Positions 9,285 to 19,427 are shown, numbered from the stretch's first letter. The stretch is DNA of 21,599 bases from Trueperaceae bacterium (GCA_035703635.1 DASSXV010000062.1:1-21599); one strand, 5' to 3'. Numbers and translations are program-made. The notes: generated by a model from the sequence alone, not told the origin.

Positions 9285-10417
9285 GGCCGCCCGTGATCAC
9301 GATAATCGACCGTTACCTGTTGAGGGAGAGCCTGCCGCCTTTCCTCTTCGGCTTGTTGCTGTACTCGAGCTTGGCGGTCGTCAGCGTGACCATCCCGCGC
9401 TTGCAGTGGGTGGTCGGCGCGCCCGTGCTGGAGTTAGGTGCGTGGCTGCTCGTGCAGTTGCCGCAGGCGATGGTGCAGACGTTCCCCATTGCCCTGGTGC
9501 TGGCGGTGCTGCTGGCCTTCGGGCGCTTGGCGAGCGAGAACGAGTTGTTGGCGCTGCAGGCTGGCGCGGTGCCCGTGCGCCGCACGGCTGGCGTGTTCGT
9601 CGTGCTCGGCCTGGTTAGCGCACTAACCGTTCTAGCTATCAACCAGTGGGTCTTGCCCGTCACGAACACCTTGGTGACGAAGTACTACTGGCAGCTCACA
9701 GCCGGACAGACCGGTCTATTCCGCTTGGCGCAGCAGTCCTTGCCGGTCGACGACTTCACGCTGCACTTCGAGAAGGCCGCCGACCGCGGCAACCTCATGC
9801 AGGACGTGAGGATCGAGCGCTGGGACGGGGAGGTGCTGACCTTGCTGCGCGCCAAGGAGGCGCGCTTCGATGGTGTGGACCTGGTGCTAACGGGTTACAG
9901 GATCGACGCCCTCGACCTGAGCGCCCTCGACAGCTCCACGAACGACCCGACGGCGGCCCTCGCGCGGTTGATCCGCCTGAGGAACGTGCCGCCAGATGAC
10001 GCGGCGCCGTTGACCATCACCACTAGCGTCACGCTGGAGGAGATCATCACGCGCTTCGGCAGCGGCGGTTTCGAGGACGACCGTTCGATAACGCAGTTGT
10101 GGCGAGACTCGTCGCGGGTGGGCGCCTCGGCGACTGACCGGCGTCAGGCGGCAGCGCTGATGCACCGCAAGCTGTCAGAGCCGTTCACGAACCTGGCGTT
10201 GTTGCTGGTGGCGGTGCCGTTGAGCCTCACGTACGCCCGCACACGCGGCGTCGCTTTCGGCCTCAGCCTGGTGGTGACGCTCGTTTGGTACTTGTTCTAC
10301 ACGTTCGGCTTGTTGTTCGCGCAAACGGGTCAGTTGCCGGTGTGGCTAGGCGCGTGGCTTGGGAACATCGTGTTCGCTGTGCTTGGGCTGTTGTTGCTGG
10401 CGCGACGGGCACGGTGA
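9281..10417 (+). CDS. LptF/LptG (YjgP/YjgQ) family permease
   Basis: IIDRYLLRE start, three N-terminal TM helices, FGRLASENELLALQAGAV motif, periplasmic domain, HRKLSEPF then three C-terminal TMs ending AWLGNIVF. Confidence 0.9.
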   Translation: MRPPVITIIDRYLLRESLPPFLFGLLLYSSLAVVSVTIPRLQWVVGAPVLELGAWLLVQLPQAMVQTFPIALVLAVLLAFGRLASENELLALQAGAVPVRRTAGVFVVLGLVSALTVLAINQWVLPVTNTLVTKYYWQLTAGQTGLFRLAQQSLPVDDFTLHFEKAADRGNLMQDVRIERWDGEVLTLLRAKEARFDGVDLVLTGYRIDALDLSALDSSTNDPTAALARLIRLRNVPPDDAAPLTITTSVTLEEIITRFGSGGFEDDRSITQLWRDSSRVGASATDRRQAAALMHRKLSEPFTNLALLLVAVPLSLTYARTRGVAFGLSLVVTLVWYLFYTFGLLFAQTGQLPVWLGAWLGNIVFAVLGLLLLARRAR

Positions 10418-10516
10418 GCTTGCGCGGACCGACCCGCGCCCGTGCGCTTGAAACCCCGTCCAGGTCGGCCAGAACGCGTTGCCACCAGTGCCACTAATGG
10501 TATCGTCGACAGTCTG

Positions 10517-12712
<2,196 letters not shown>

Positions 12713-12752
12713 GGCAGGTTCGCTGTTGTTTCGTGTTCGCGCCCGCACGAGC

Positions 12753-13277
12753 GTGAGCACTCAACCCAAGCTCAGCGTGCTGTTCGTGTGCATGGGCAAC
12801 ATCTGCCGCTCTCCCACCGCCGAGGGCGTGTTCCGCAAGCTGGTAATGGACGCTGGGTTAGCTGACCGCATCGAGGTCGACTCGGCCGGCACGCACGCCT
12901 ATCACGTCGGCGACCCACCCGACCCGCGCTCGCAAGCTGCCGCGGCCGCACGCGGCTACGACCTGAGCGCATTGCGCGGCCGCCAGTTATCTGAGTATGA
13001 CGCGGAGCGCTTCGATTACGTGATCGTCATGGACCGTGGCAACTTCAACCGCGTCACGCGCTTGTTCGGCGGCGCCGAGCCAAGCGATGGGCAGCGGGCG
13101 CAAGTGCGCTTGTTCTTGGATTTCGCGGTCGACCGGCCGGAGGTCGAGGTGCCCGACCCGTACGTTGGTGGGGCGGAAGGCTTCGAGCTGGTGCTTGACA
13201 TGATCGAGGCCGCTGCGGCTGGGCTGCTGGCCGAGGTCAGCGCCCGCTTGGCGCCCGACGAGTCTGTAGTTGAGTAA
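12753..13277 (+). CDS. Low-molecular-weight protein tyrosine phosphatase
   Basis: P-loop VLFVCMGNICRSP, DSAGT, FDYVIVMD, VPDPY; GTG start at 12753 preferred. Confidence 0.93.
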   Translation: MSTQPKLSVLFVCMGNICRSPTAEGVFRKLVMDAGLADRIEVDSAGTHAYHVGDPPDPRSQAAAAARGYDLSALRGRQLSEYDAERFDYVIVMDRGNFNRVTRLFGGAEPSDGQRAQVRLFLDFAVDRPEVEVPDPYVGGAEGFELVLDMIEAAAAGLLAEVSARLAPDESVVE

Positions 13278-13283
13278 GTAGAG

Positions 13284-13385
13284 TGCCCCGCCGGTTTCCA
13301 ACGGCACCTGACGATCACCTCTTAAGGCTGCTTCTTCCGACCTGACCTGGTTCGAGGGTCGCCACCGCGCTGGTCCGACGGGGCA
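13284..13385 (-). ncRNA. ffs: Small bacterial SRP RNA (4.5S)
   Basis: Minus strand reads TGCCCCGTCGG...CGAACCAGGTCAGGTCGGAAGAAGCAGCCTTAAG...CCGGCGGGGCA. It has an 11-bp closing helix and the SRP domain IV motif (CAGG/AGCA symmetric loop, GGAA tetraloop, GAACC/TAAG asymmetric loop); ~102 nt. Confidence 0.9.
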
Positions 13386-13391
13386 GAGGGG

Positions 13392-13400
13392 ATAGTAACA
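13392..13400 (-). promoter_or_regulatory. Extended -10 promoter of ffs (TGtTACTAT)
   Basis: Minus strand TGTTACTAT lies 6 nt upstream of the predicted SRP RNA 5' end at 13385. Confidence 0.65.
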
Positions 13401-13472
13401 CGGCGCGTAGGCGTGGCGTGAAGGCGGGTTTTCACTACGCTCCCCTAGCCTTCGTGAGTTGGTTGTGAGGCG

Positions 13473-13488
13473 TGTGAGGTGCTCCACA
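13473..13488. promoter_or_regulatory. CRP/FNR-family box-like site
   Basis: TGTGA-GGTGCT-CCACA, one mismatch to TGTGA-N6-TCACA, in the ffs/pilin divergent intergenic region. Confidence 0.4.
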
Positions 13489-13563
13489 TGAGGGCGAGAG
13501 CATGCGTCTGGCGCGCATACTCTAGGCCGCTGCCTAGCGCGCCCAGCATGAATGTGTGGAATT

Positions 13564-13596
13564 TGTAAGAGTCTCGTAAGGACGGCTTGTTAGGCT
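13564..13596 (+). promoter_or_regulatory. Candidate major-pilin promoter: 11-bp-period direct repeat over -35 plus extended -10
   Basis: TGTAAG-agtct-CGTAAG (13564-13580) followed by TGtTAGGCT (13588-13596). Confidence 0.4.
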
Positions 13597-13691
13597 CTGC
13601 TCAGTCCACGGGGATTCCCGGGACTGGCACTATCAGGCGACCGGACTTCATTCATACTTCATCCCGGGAGCCGAATCGGAAGGAGCGCATC

Positions 13692-14078
13692 ATGCGCAAC
13701 CGTAAGACGCAGGGCTTCACCCTGATCGAGCTGCTGATCGTAATCGCGATCATCGGCATCCTCGCCGCCGTACTCATACCCAACCTCATGCAGGCCCGAC
13801 GCGCCGCTGCCACCCGCGCCGCGGAATCGTACACCGCCAACGTCTACACCGCCGTCAACGCATACCTGGCCGAAAACGTCAACGAGACCGTTGCGACGGC
13901 CATTGCGCCAGGTTGTGATCCAGCTGCCGGTTACACGTTGGGCGGCTACGTCGTGTCGCCGATCGCCACCAACATCGTGTCGGCCTGTGCGCTTGCCGAC
14001 GTAGGTGGGGATGCTCAGGTCACTGTCACGTTTGGCGCTGGTACCAGTAACAGTGGCGGCACCAAAGTCCTGCCGTAA
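13692..14078 (+). CDS. pilA: Type IV major pilin (Thermus PilA4-like)
   Basis: Strong SD (GAAGGAG) then MRNRKTQG|FTLIELLIVIAIIGILAAVLIPNL. Prepilin cleavage site with E5, 128 aa, two Cys, own terminator. Confidence 0.92.
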   Translation: MRNRKTQGFTLIELLIVIAIIGILAAVLIPNLMQARRAAATRAAESYTANVYTAVNAYLAENVNETVATAIAPGCDPAAGYTLGGYVVSPIATNIVSACALADVGGDAQVTVTFGAGTSNSGGTKVLP

Positions 14079-14105
14079 TAAGCTTCTGCCGAGATTGTGA
14101 GAGAC

Positions 14106-14134
14106 GGGCCGCCTTTCGGGGCGGCCCCCTTCTT
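14106..14134 (+). terminator. Probable intrinsic terminator after pilA
   Basis: GGGCCGCCT-TTCG-GGGCGGCCC hairpin followed by CCTTCTT (weak U-tract, so readthrough is possible). Confidence 0.65.
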
Positions 14135-14586
14135 GGCCTGACAAGCCTAGGCCGGTCGCCCCCCATCGCACGGGTCCTTCTGGGGCTACAATTGCCCTAA
14201 CGCTCCTAATCAATTTGGCTCTCCTGGGGGGCGGATGGAAGCCGATCATCGGTTTACTGCCTTGGACCCCAAGCTTTTCCAGAATGGGTTGGCCGAATGT
14301 AGTTCGAAGAGGCTGCCGCTTGACGGTTCGATTATTGGCCAAGTGTCGTGGTATCACAAAAGCAAATATGATAGCTGTGGTGCCTCGATTGCCGTGGCGT
14401 GCGTAGCATTGCTTAGGTAAAAGTAAATATCGATGCTTAAGTGTAGTGGCGGCTTGCGATTCATGTCGGTGCACTTCTTCTTGATAGTTCGTGACAGGCC
14501 TAAGGAACAGCGGAGTTCCACTGAATAGGCGTGAACAACCATTAGCCCCCCCCACTATGGGGTACTGATTCAACGTGCTGCTCTCA

Positions 14587-14592
14587 TACCAT
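14587..14592 (+). promoter_or_regulatory. Putative -10 element (TACCAT), leaderless start of minor-pilin cassette 1
   Basis: TACCAT followed by 6 nt then ATG 14599; no SD. Confidence 0.5.
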
Positions 14593-14598
14593 CGTGTC

Positions 14599-15090
14599 AT
14601 GAAGCGCACTGCTGGGTTTACGCTCATTGAGTTGATTCTGGCGCTAGCCTTGATGGGCATATTGCTCGCCGTAGGTGTCGGCCGATTCAATCTGTCCGGG
14701 TCCGCGACAAGGCAAGCTGCCGAGGTCGTCTCAGCCGCAGTGAACCGCGCTCGCTATGAGGCCATCAGGACGAATAACACGGCAGGCCTGGCGATCACGG
14801 CTGGGACAGGCGGTTCCTCTGGCTCGTTAGTCATCTGTCGCGATGTCGATGAGACCGTAACTCTTGCGTGTTCCACTGGGTCAGTTGCCGAGACTATCGA
14901 CTTCGACGGTGGCGAACTTGCTAGAGCTGTAATCTCGTCTCCGGCCTCAGTGACCTTCTTCTTCGACAGACGGGGAATCTTGCGTAACCCCTCAAGCGCA
15001 TCGCAAGTAATCACGATTGCCGATAGGTCCGGAAACAACATCAGGACGGTCTCGGTTTCTGCAACAGGCCGAGCGGAGGTCGGCGAATGA
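14599..15090 (+). CDS. Minor pilin, FimT/GspH-like (Thermus PilA1 position)
   Basis: MKRTAG|FTLIELILALALMGILL, ARYEAIRTN, FFFDRRG, VSVSATGR C-terminal motif; ATGA overlap with the next gene. Confidence 0.85.
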   Translation: MKRTAGFTLIELILALALMGILLAVGVGRFNLSGSATRQAAEVVSAAVNRARYEAIRTNNTAGLAITAGTGGSSGSLVICRDVDETVTLACSTGSVAETIDFDGGELARAVISSPASVTFFFDRRGILRNPSSASQVITIADRSGNNIRTVSVSATGRAEVGE

Positions 15091-15629
15091 GGACTCGAGT
15101 TGGCGGATTCACGATCATCGAAGTTCTGATTGCGTTGGCCGTCATTGGCATTGCCTTTGCGGCCATGGCATTCGTTCAGGTCAACAACTTGCGGGCGACG
15201 GCATCCGCACGGTTGGCGTCGGAGGTCAAGGCTGCCGCCAATGTCGTGCTGGAACAGCAGATGTCACTTGTACTAGCAACCTCGACTGATCCTTACACAG
15301 GAGCAAAAAGATACGCTTTCAATGACTTCTACTGGAGCTGTCCGACCCCTGTGACGCCGTCGGGCGGTGCCCTAGCAGTTGTCACGTCGCGAACGTGCTC
15401 TGGAGTGGAGCGGATCGGCGATGTAGTAGTGGACTACCGCATTCGGGGGGAGGCGGGCATTCTTGGCGAAGGCCTCCTGACGATCATCGTGACGGCGGAC
15501 CACGATCTGGGCACCCAAACCCTCACCCTCGGTGACAGGGTTACTTGCTACGACATCTACCCCTCGCCCACGTCACTTGCACCTGAGCCCTGCCCCGTAC
15601 CGACCGCAGTTGGAGCTGGTCGCCCATGA
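15087..15629 (+). CDS. Minor pilin, PilV-like (Thermus PilA2 homolog)
   Basis: GG|FTIIEVLIALAVIGIAF. Segments YWSCPT, IRGEAGILGEG and RVTCYDIYPSPT..PEPCP..GRP match T. thermophilus PilA2 as I recall it. Confidence 0.85.
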   Translation: MRTRVGGFTIIEVLIALAVIGIAFAAMAFVQVNNLRATASARLASEVKAAANVVLEQQMSLVLATSTDPYTGAKRYAFNDFYWSCPTPVTPSGGALAVVTSRTCSGVERIGDVVVDYRIRGEAGILGEGLLTIIVTADHDLGTQTLTLGDRVTCYDIYPSPTSLAPEPCPVPTAVGAGRP

Positions 15630-16318
15630 GGCCGAAGGCACTTCACCGGACCAGTACCTTGGGCTTCACTATCGTGGAGCTGTTGATAGCGTCAACAATC
15701 CTGGTCGTTGTTCTTGGGATTGCGGGGGTCTTTTTCGCAAGGCAGACTCAGATGCAGCGGTCTACCCAGGGCCGCAACGAACTACAGGACCGCGTTCGCG
15801 TTTCGATGCAACTCGTTACTCAAGACCTGGCCTTGGCTGGCAATTCGGCCGTGATAGATGGCGCCGGTAGCAAGACGTCGACCATGTGGCCAGCATGCTT
15901 CGACGGTGGAAAGGGCTGTTTGGTGGTGGCCGATGGCGGTACTTCGGTCCAGGTCCGTTACCTATCATCCCAATTTCCGGTGGCAGACGCCTGTCGTGAC
16001 GTCGCATACCGGCTCGATGCTTCTGGGGCCCTCGAACGGTCCGACGTGGGCTGTGGCGAAGCGGCAGCATATGTGCCATTGGCACCGAACCTGGTCGTTT
16101 TCCGCGTTGAGGTCCTCTGTAGTAATGGCACGCAATCTGATACGTTTCCCACTTCGACCTGCCCGCCCGGGACCTCCTACGGGAGATCGGCGACCGTCCG
16201 TGTTATGGGACAGTCGCGGACGCCGCTATCGGGTCCAGTGCTAACCGGCTGTCCGGCGGACAGGTTGTGCTTTGAGATGACGCAAGAGGTGCTATTTCCC
16301 AACATGAAGGACCAATGA
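15626..16318 (+). CDS. Minor pilin, PilW-like (Thermus PilA3 position)
   Basis: LG|FTIVELLIA, QLVTQDLALAG (PilW-type helix), Cys-rich globular domain, C-terminal FPNMK; ATGA overlaps on both sides. Confidence 0.85.
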   Translation: MRPKALHRTSTLGFTIVELLIASTILVVVLGIAGVFFARQTQMQRSTQGRNELQDRVRVSMQLVTQDLALAGNSAVIDGAGSKTSTMWPACFDGGKGCLVVADGGTSVQVRYLSSQFPVADACRDVAYRLDASGALERSDVGCGEAAAYVPLAPNLVVFRVEVLCSNGTQSDTFPTSTCPPGTSYGRSATVRVMGQSRTPLSGPVLTGCPADRLCFEMTQEVLFPNMKDQ

Positions 16319-18102
16319 CCATGTCTCCAAGGAGGACACCAGAAATGCGTTCAAGATCGCAGGCAGGTATAGCGCTCATAACCAGCCTCGCCATACTCAC
16401 AATCGTCGGTGCCCTCATCCTCGGCGCCATACTTACTACCGGGATCGAACTGAACGTCACAAGGAACGACATGACAGCCGCGCAGGCGCAGTATGCCGCA
16501 CAAGCCGGTCTTCAGAAGTATAAGGCCGCCCTGTTCCAGGCCTTCCGATGGGAGGAGTCCGGTGGCGGGAGTTCGGTAGCGGCGTGCGAGAACAGTCTCT
16601 CCAGCGGTATAAACCTCACTAGAGTGACGGGCGGCACCATTGCTTGGTCGGGTAACCGCATAGTGCTGCCACGAGAGACAGTCACGGATACCGACGGCAA
16701 CGCCATCGGGAGCTACGTTGTCACGTTCTTGCAAGATCCTACTAACGACAGCCGGATAAGTATTCAATCTATCGGGACAACAGTGGATGGCAGCGCTGTT
16801 CGCCGAGCAACTGCGCGAGCTACCGCTACGTTCATAGTAAGAGACAGTTCTGCCATCGAGCAGGCTGTGTTCGCAGGCACAGGCCACGGGATGAAGTTCT
16901 TCAACGGCAATACTATCGTCTATGGTGGCATACACGTCGTGGGAGATGAGACCTCGCCTGATTCGGTCGTAATCGACGCGAAAGGCGATGCCGCAGTGCG
17001 CAACAATTACACGATTGATGAAACCTCGGGAACTTCTGGGTTCTTGGCCGCGGGGGCTCAGGCATCAGATAATCTCTGCGCTTCAGTCCGGGTTCAATAC
17101 GGCAGGGTTAATGTCGGAGGCAGTGCCTCGTTCGGTTCGGCTTCCCACCCGCTCCTTACGGTTGCGGTTGGAGACAACCCAAACGACATCAACATCAGCG
17201 AGAGTACGAACTGCGCGAAAGACGGTAAGGGCGTCTGTGCCGAGAGCTTTGGCATCTTCGACCTCTCTGAAGATCCGCCCACGTTTCCAATGCTAGATGA
17301 AGCTCCTGCAACTGAGTTCTGTACCGACCCGTTGACGTGGCGTACCTGCATCAGGAACGAGGCGAATCTTGACGGCATGACGCTTGTTGCTAGCGGCTCA
17401 AGTGTGTCGCTTGCCGGACCTTTGGCCACTGCTGGCGCTACGCTTCCCGCGGCTTGCTCTAGTGCTTTGAATGCGGCAGCGGCAGTTTCGACGAGGCGGA
17501 TTCAGTTTGGAAACTCAAACCTGGACTGCACTGTTGAAGTGGCCGGGACACGCTATGGTTTCCGCTATAGTCACCCATCCGGACTCTTCGAGGTCTTCGG
17601 CAACGTGAACCTTCGGGGACTTTCGATGCAGTTCGCTAATGACGTCAAGTATCGGGCGGTATCGCGAGGTGACGGGGGGGCCGTGGAGACCTTCGCTGGA
17701 CTTTCGCTTGAAAGCGTGAGTGGCGCGGGCGGCCAGTTCATCGCCCAAGGCAGCTTCGTCCCAGATGGGGTCGCTGGCAAGTTCCCTGATGTCGTCATGA
17801 CAGTGATCGCCGAGAGCGACGTAAAACTTGTTAAGAACAAGGGGATGTACGCGCTGCCAGTCTATTCTGGCAGAGACTTCATGGCTTCGTCCGGAAGCAA
17901 ACTGTTCGGACAGGTTATTGCCGACCGGTTCTGTACTGTTCAGGCAAGCGGCAGCGCGGACCTTGCGTGCAGCGACAAGGGTGGCAGTCCAGCGGAGATC
18001 TTCTTCGTACCGACCGGCGCTAACAGGCCGAAGTCGTTCCGGGCTATCGCCCCTTCGAATGGTCTTCCAACTTTTCGAGTAGAGGCTTACGAACTCCGGT
18101 AA
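16315..18102 (+). CDS. comZ: PilX-like large pilin, ComZ homolog
   Basis: AG|IALITSL without E5 (PilX/GspK type). IELNVTRND..AQYAAQAGLQKYKAALFQ, VTDTDGNAIGSY and EQAVFAG match T. thermophilus ComZ as recalled. Fourth position in the cassette; 595 aa. Confidence 0.8.
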   Translation: MTMSPRRTPEMRSRSQAGIALITSLAILTIVGALILGAILTTGIELNVTRNDMTAAQAQYAAQAGLQKYKAALFQAFRWEESGGGSSVAACENSLSSGINLTRVTGGTIAWSGNRIVLPRETVTDTDGNAIGSYVVTFLQDPTNDSRISIQSIGTTVDGSAVRRATARATATFIVRDSSAIEQAVFAGTGHGMKFFNGNTIVYGGIHVVGDETSPDSVVIDAKGDAAVRNNYTIDETSGTSGFLAAGAQASDNLCASVRVQYGRVNVGGSASFGSASHPLLTVAVGDNPNDINISESTNCAKDGKGVCAESFGIFDLSEDPPTFPMLDEAPATEFCTDPLTWRTCIRNEANLDGMTLVASGSSVSLAGPLATAGATLPAACSSALNAAAAVSTRRIQFGNSNLDCTVEVAGTRYGFRYSHPSGLFEVFGNVNLRGLSMQFANDVKYRAVSRGDGGAVETFAGLSLESVSGAGGQFIAQGSFVPDGVAGKFPDVVMTVIAESDVKLVKNKGMYALPVYSGRDFMASSGSKLFGQVIADRFCTVQASGSADLACSDKGGSPAEIFFVPTGANRPKSFRAIAPSNGLPTFRVEAYELR

Positions 18103-18234
18103 CGGCCTGAACTGCGGATCAAAGGCGGCCCTCCACGTCGCGCCCCGGCATCTAGAGCGCGACATGGAGGTGCTGCCATGTATTCAGGTTGTGCCCGGAT
18201 GGCCCCCTGACAACATCTGCTTGCGTGCAGCCAA

Positions 18235-18695
18235 TAGCAACAATGGGCAAAAACGCTCCGCAACTCTCGAAGCGCCGGCTACACCATCCTGGAGTTGTTG
18301 GTGCTCGCAGTAATGAAGTGCATTGTCGCGGGTACCGCTGAGTTGCTCGGCCGCCGGCGCGGCCACAGGCTGAGGGGTCCACCTTCCGCACCGGGCAGCA
18401 AGTCGTGTGGCAGGGGCCACCATGGAGTCTTCGGGCAGCGTCCTCACTCCGTCCACCTGGAGCGGTTCGATGCCAACGTAAGGAACCAGGCTTGGAGTGC
18501 CGTTCCCTGAACAGTCAAGGTGCTGGCCGCAACCAGCATCAAAGTGCTCAGCGGTACGACCCTCGTCTTACCTACGCCCCCGGGCATGGTCTACGAGGCC
18601 ACGCTGGCCGCGATGCCGGATCCTTCGGCTATCTTCCCCTATGGCAGAGCAAGGATCGTCGAGGTCCCGCTATTTTGAGTTGTACGCCACAAGGA
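18235..18695 (+). pseudogene. Decayed copy of the 19444-19911 minor pilin
   Basis: Across frameshifts (~18360, ~18416, ~18477) and TGA stops (18508, 18676) it reads GYTILELLV..IVAG..GR / QAEGSTFRTGQQVVWQG / ATM..SGS / NQA..SGTTLVLPTPPGMV..LAAMPDP..GR..VEVPL. Intact gene: GFTLLELLV..IVAG..GR..QAEEAAFRTLQQSVWQGATM..AGS..NQA..SGTTLLEFTPPGKV..LAALPNP..GR..VQVSL. The ancestral ATG position now reads TAG. Confidence 0.88.
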
Positions 18696-18710
18696 GGCGT
18701 GCGGAATCCT

Positions 18711-19136
18711 GTGAGGGTCTCCCAACGCCGGTGGTTCGTGGCGAGGCATTCACTGGACTCTAGCCTGGTCAAGGCCATTCTCGCACGCGCTGGCCTCGGC
18801 ATGAACGGGGCGGACTTCACCACCCTCGTGCTGCGAAACCTTGAGCAAACAGCCACGGCCTGTACTTAAGACTCGCAGGTGCTCAACTACTTTGGGCAGC
18901 ACATCGTCGGGGAGGCTGAACGCTCCGGCACGCTAAGGGTGACATCAGGTGTGGGGCAATGCGACGCTCGCCGCAGCGTTCCACGAAGTCGACAGCATCA
19001 CTGGGATGCCAGGCCCTATCTTCTGCCGGATGGGCATCTCGTCGGCTGGACGGCCACAGTGGCCGGCACCGCCTTTTCACCTTGAAGGCTTGAATGCTCG
19101 AGCGTCTCGACAGCCCCGCTGCCCGGCAACAACTAG
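18711..19136 (+). pseudogene. Decayed copy of the 19908-20411 minor pilin
   Basis: ILARAGLGMNGADFTTLVLRNL* / QVLNYFGQHIVG / LAAAFHEVDSITGM..ISSAG / TVAG / PLPGNN* versus ILALAVLGIVGAVFTTSVLRNL..QVLNYFGRRIVG..LSAAFPDIGGATGM..ISSPG..TVAG..PLPGIN*. The end ccgctgcccggcaacaactag differs from ccgctgcccggcatcaactag by one base. The Cys-loop region is deleted. Confidence 0.88.
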
Positions 19137-19147
19137 GAAGTCCTGCG

Positions 19148-19336
19148 AAGATCAACCGTACGAGGCACGATCCCATGACCGCTCGCATCGGGATGCCTGC
19201 GTCCTTGCCCGCCTTCGGCACTTTAGTCGTGGTGGCCACGACGCACGTCATGAGCGCGCTGTTGGTGCATGTGTTTCATGAGGCGACCACTACCGGGCGG
19301 GCCAAGATGCGGCGGGTGGCCGAGATTCTAGCGTGA
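19148..19336 (+). pseudogene. Truncated, decayed 5' copy of the 20423-21328 PilW-like gene
   Basis: Spacer taggaagtcctgcgAAG versus taggaggccctgcgATG (start lost). It reads RHDPMT..FG..ATTHVMSALLV..EATTTGRAKMRRVAEI* versus RHQGMT..FG..ATSGVINALRV..EAAASAQAKLRRVVEV. Confidence 0.82.
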
Positions 19337-19427
19337 GTGTCGTACGCTCTGTTACCACCTATCGATTCACGAGACCACTGGGTATGGGAGTACTTTGGCC
19401 TTTCGTAAGCCTCCCGTGACAGTCGCC

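Noticed and set aside
13600-13690. c-di-GMP riboswitch in the pilA leader
   Set aside because: Could not match the class I or class II consensus by eye.
13659-14690. 343 aa minus-strand ORF spanning pilA and the spacer
   Set aside because: Antisense to pilA and the FimT-like gene, crosses a terminator, and has no recognisable motifs.
17674-17680. G7 tract in comZ as a phase-variation site
   Set aside because: Short, in frame, and unremarkable at this GC content.
18295-19336. ORF-track calls 18295-18510, 18405-18869, 18879-19085, 18949-19281, 19094-19336 as small novel proteins
   Set aside because: They are frame fragments of the decayed pilin cassette, not independent genes.
18160-19336. 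Assembly artefact (low-quality duplicated read)
   Set aside because: Divergence is mostly substitutions with third-position bias and long in-frame stretches, unlike indel-dominated read error; read mapping would settle it.
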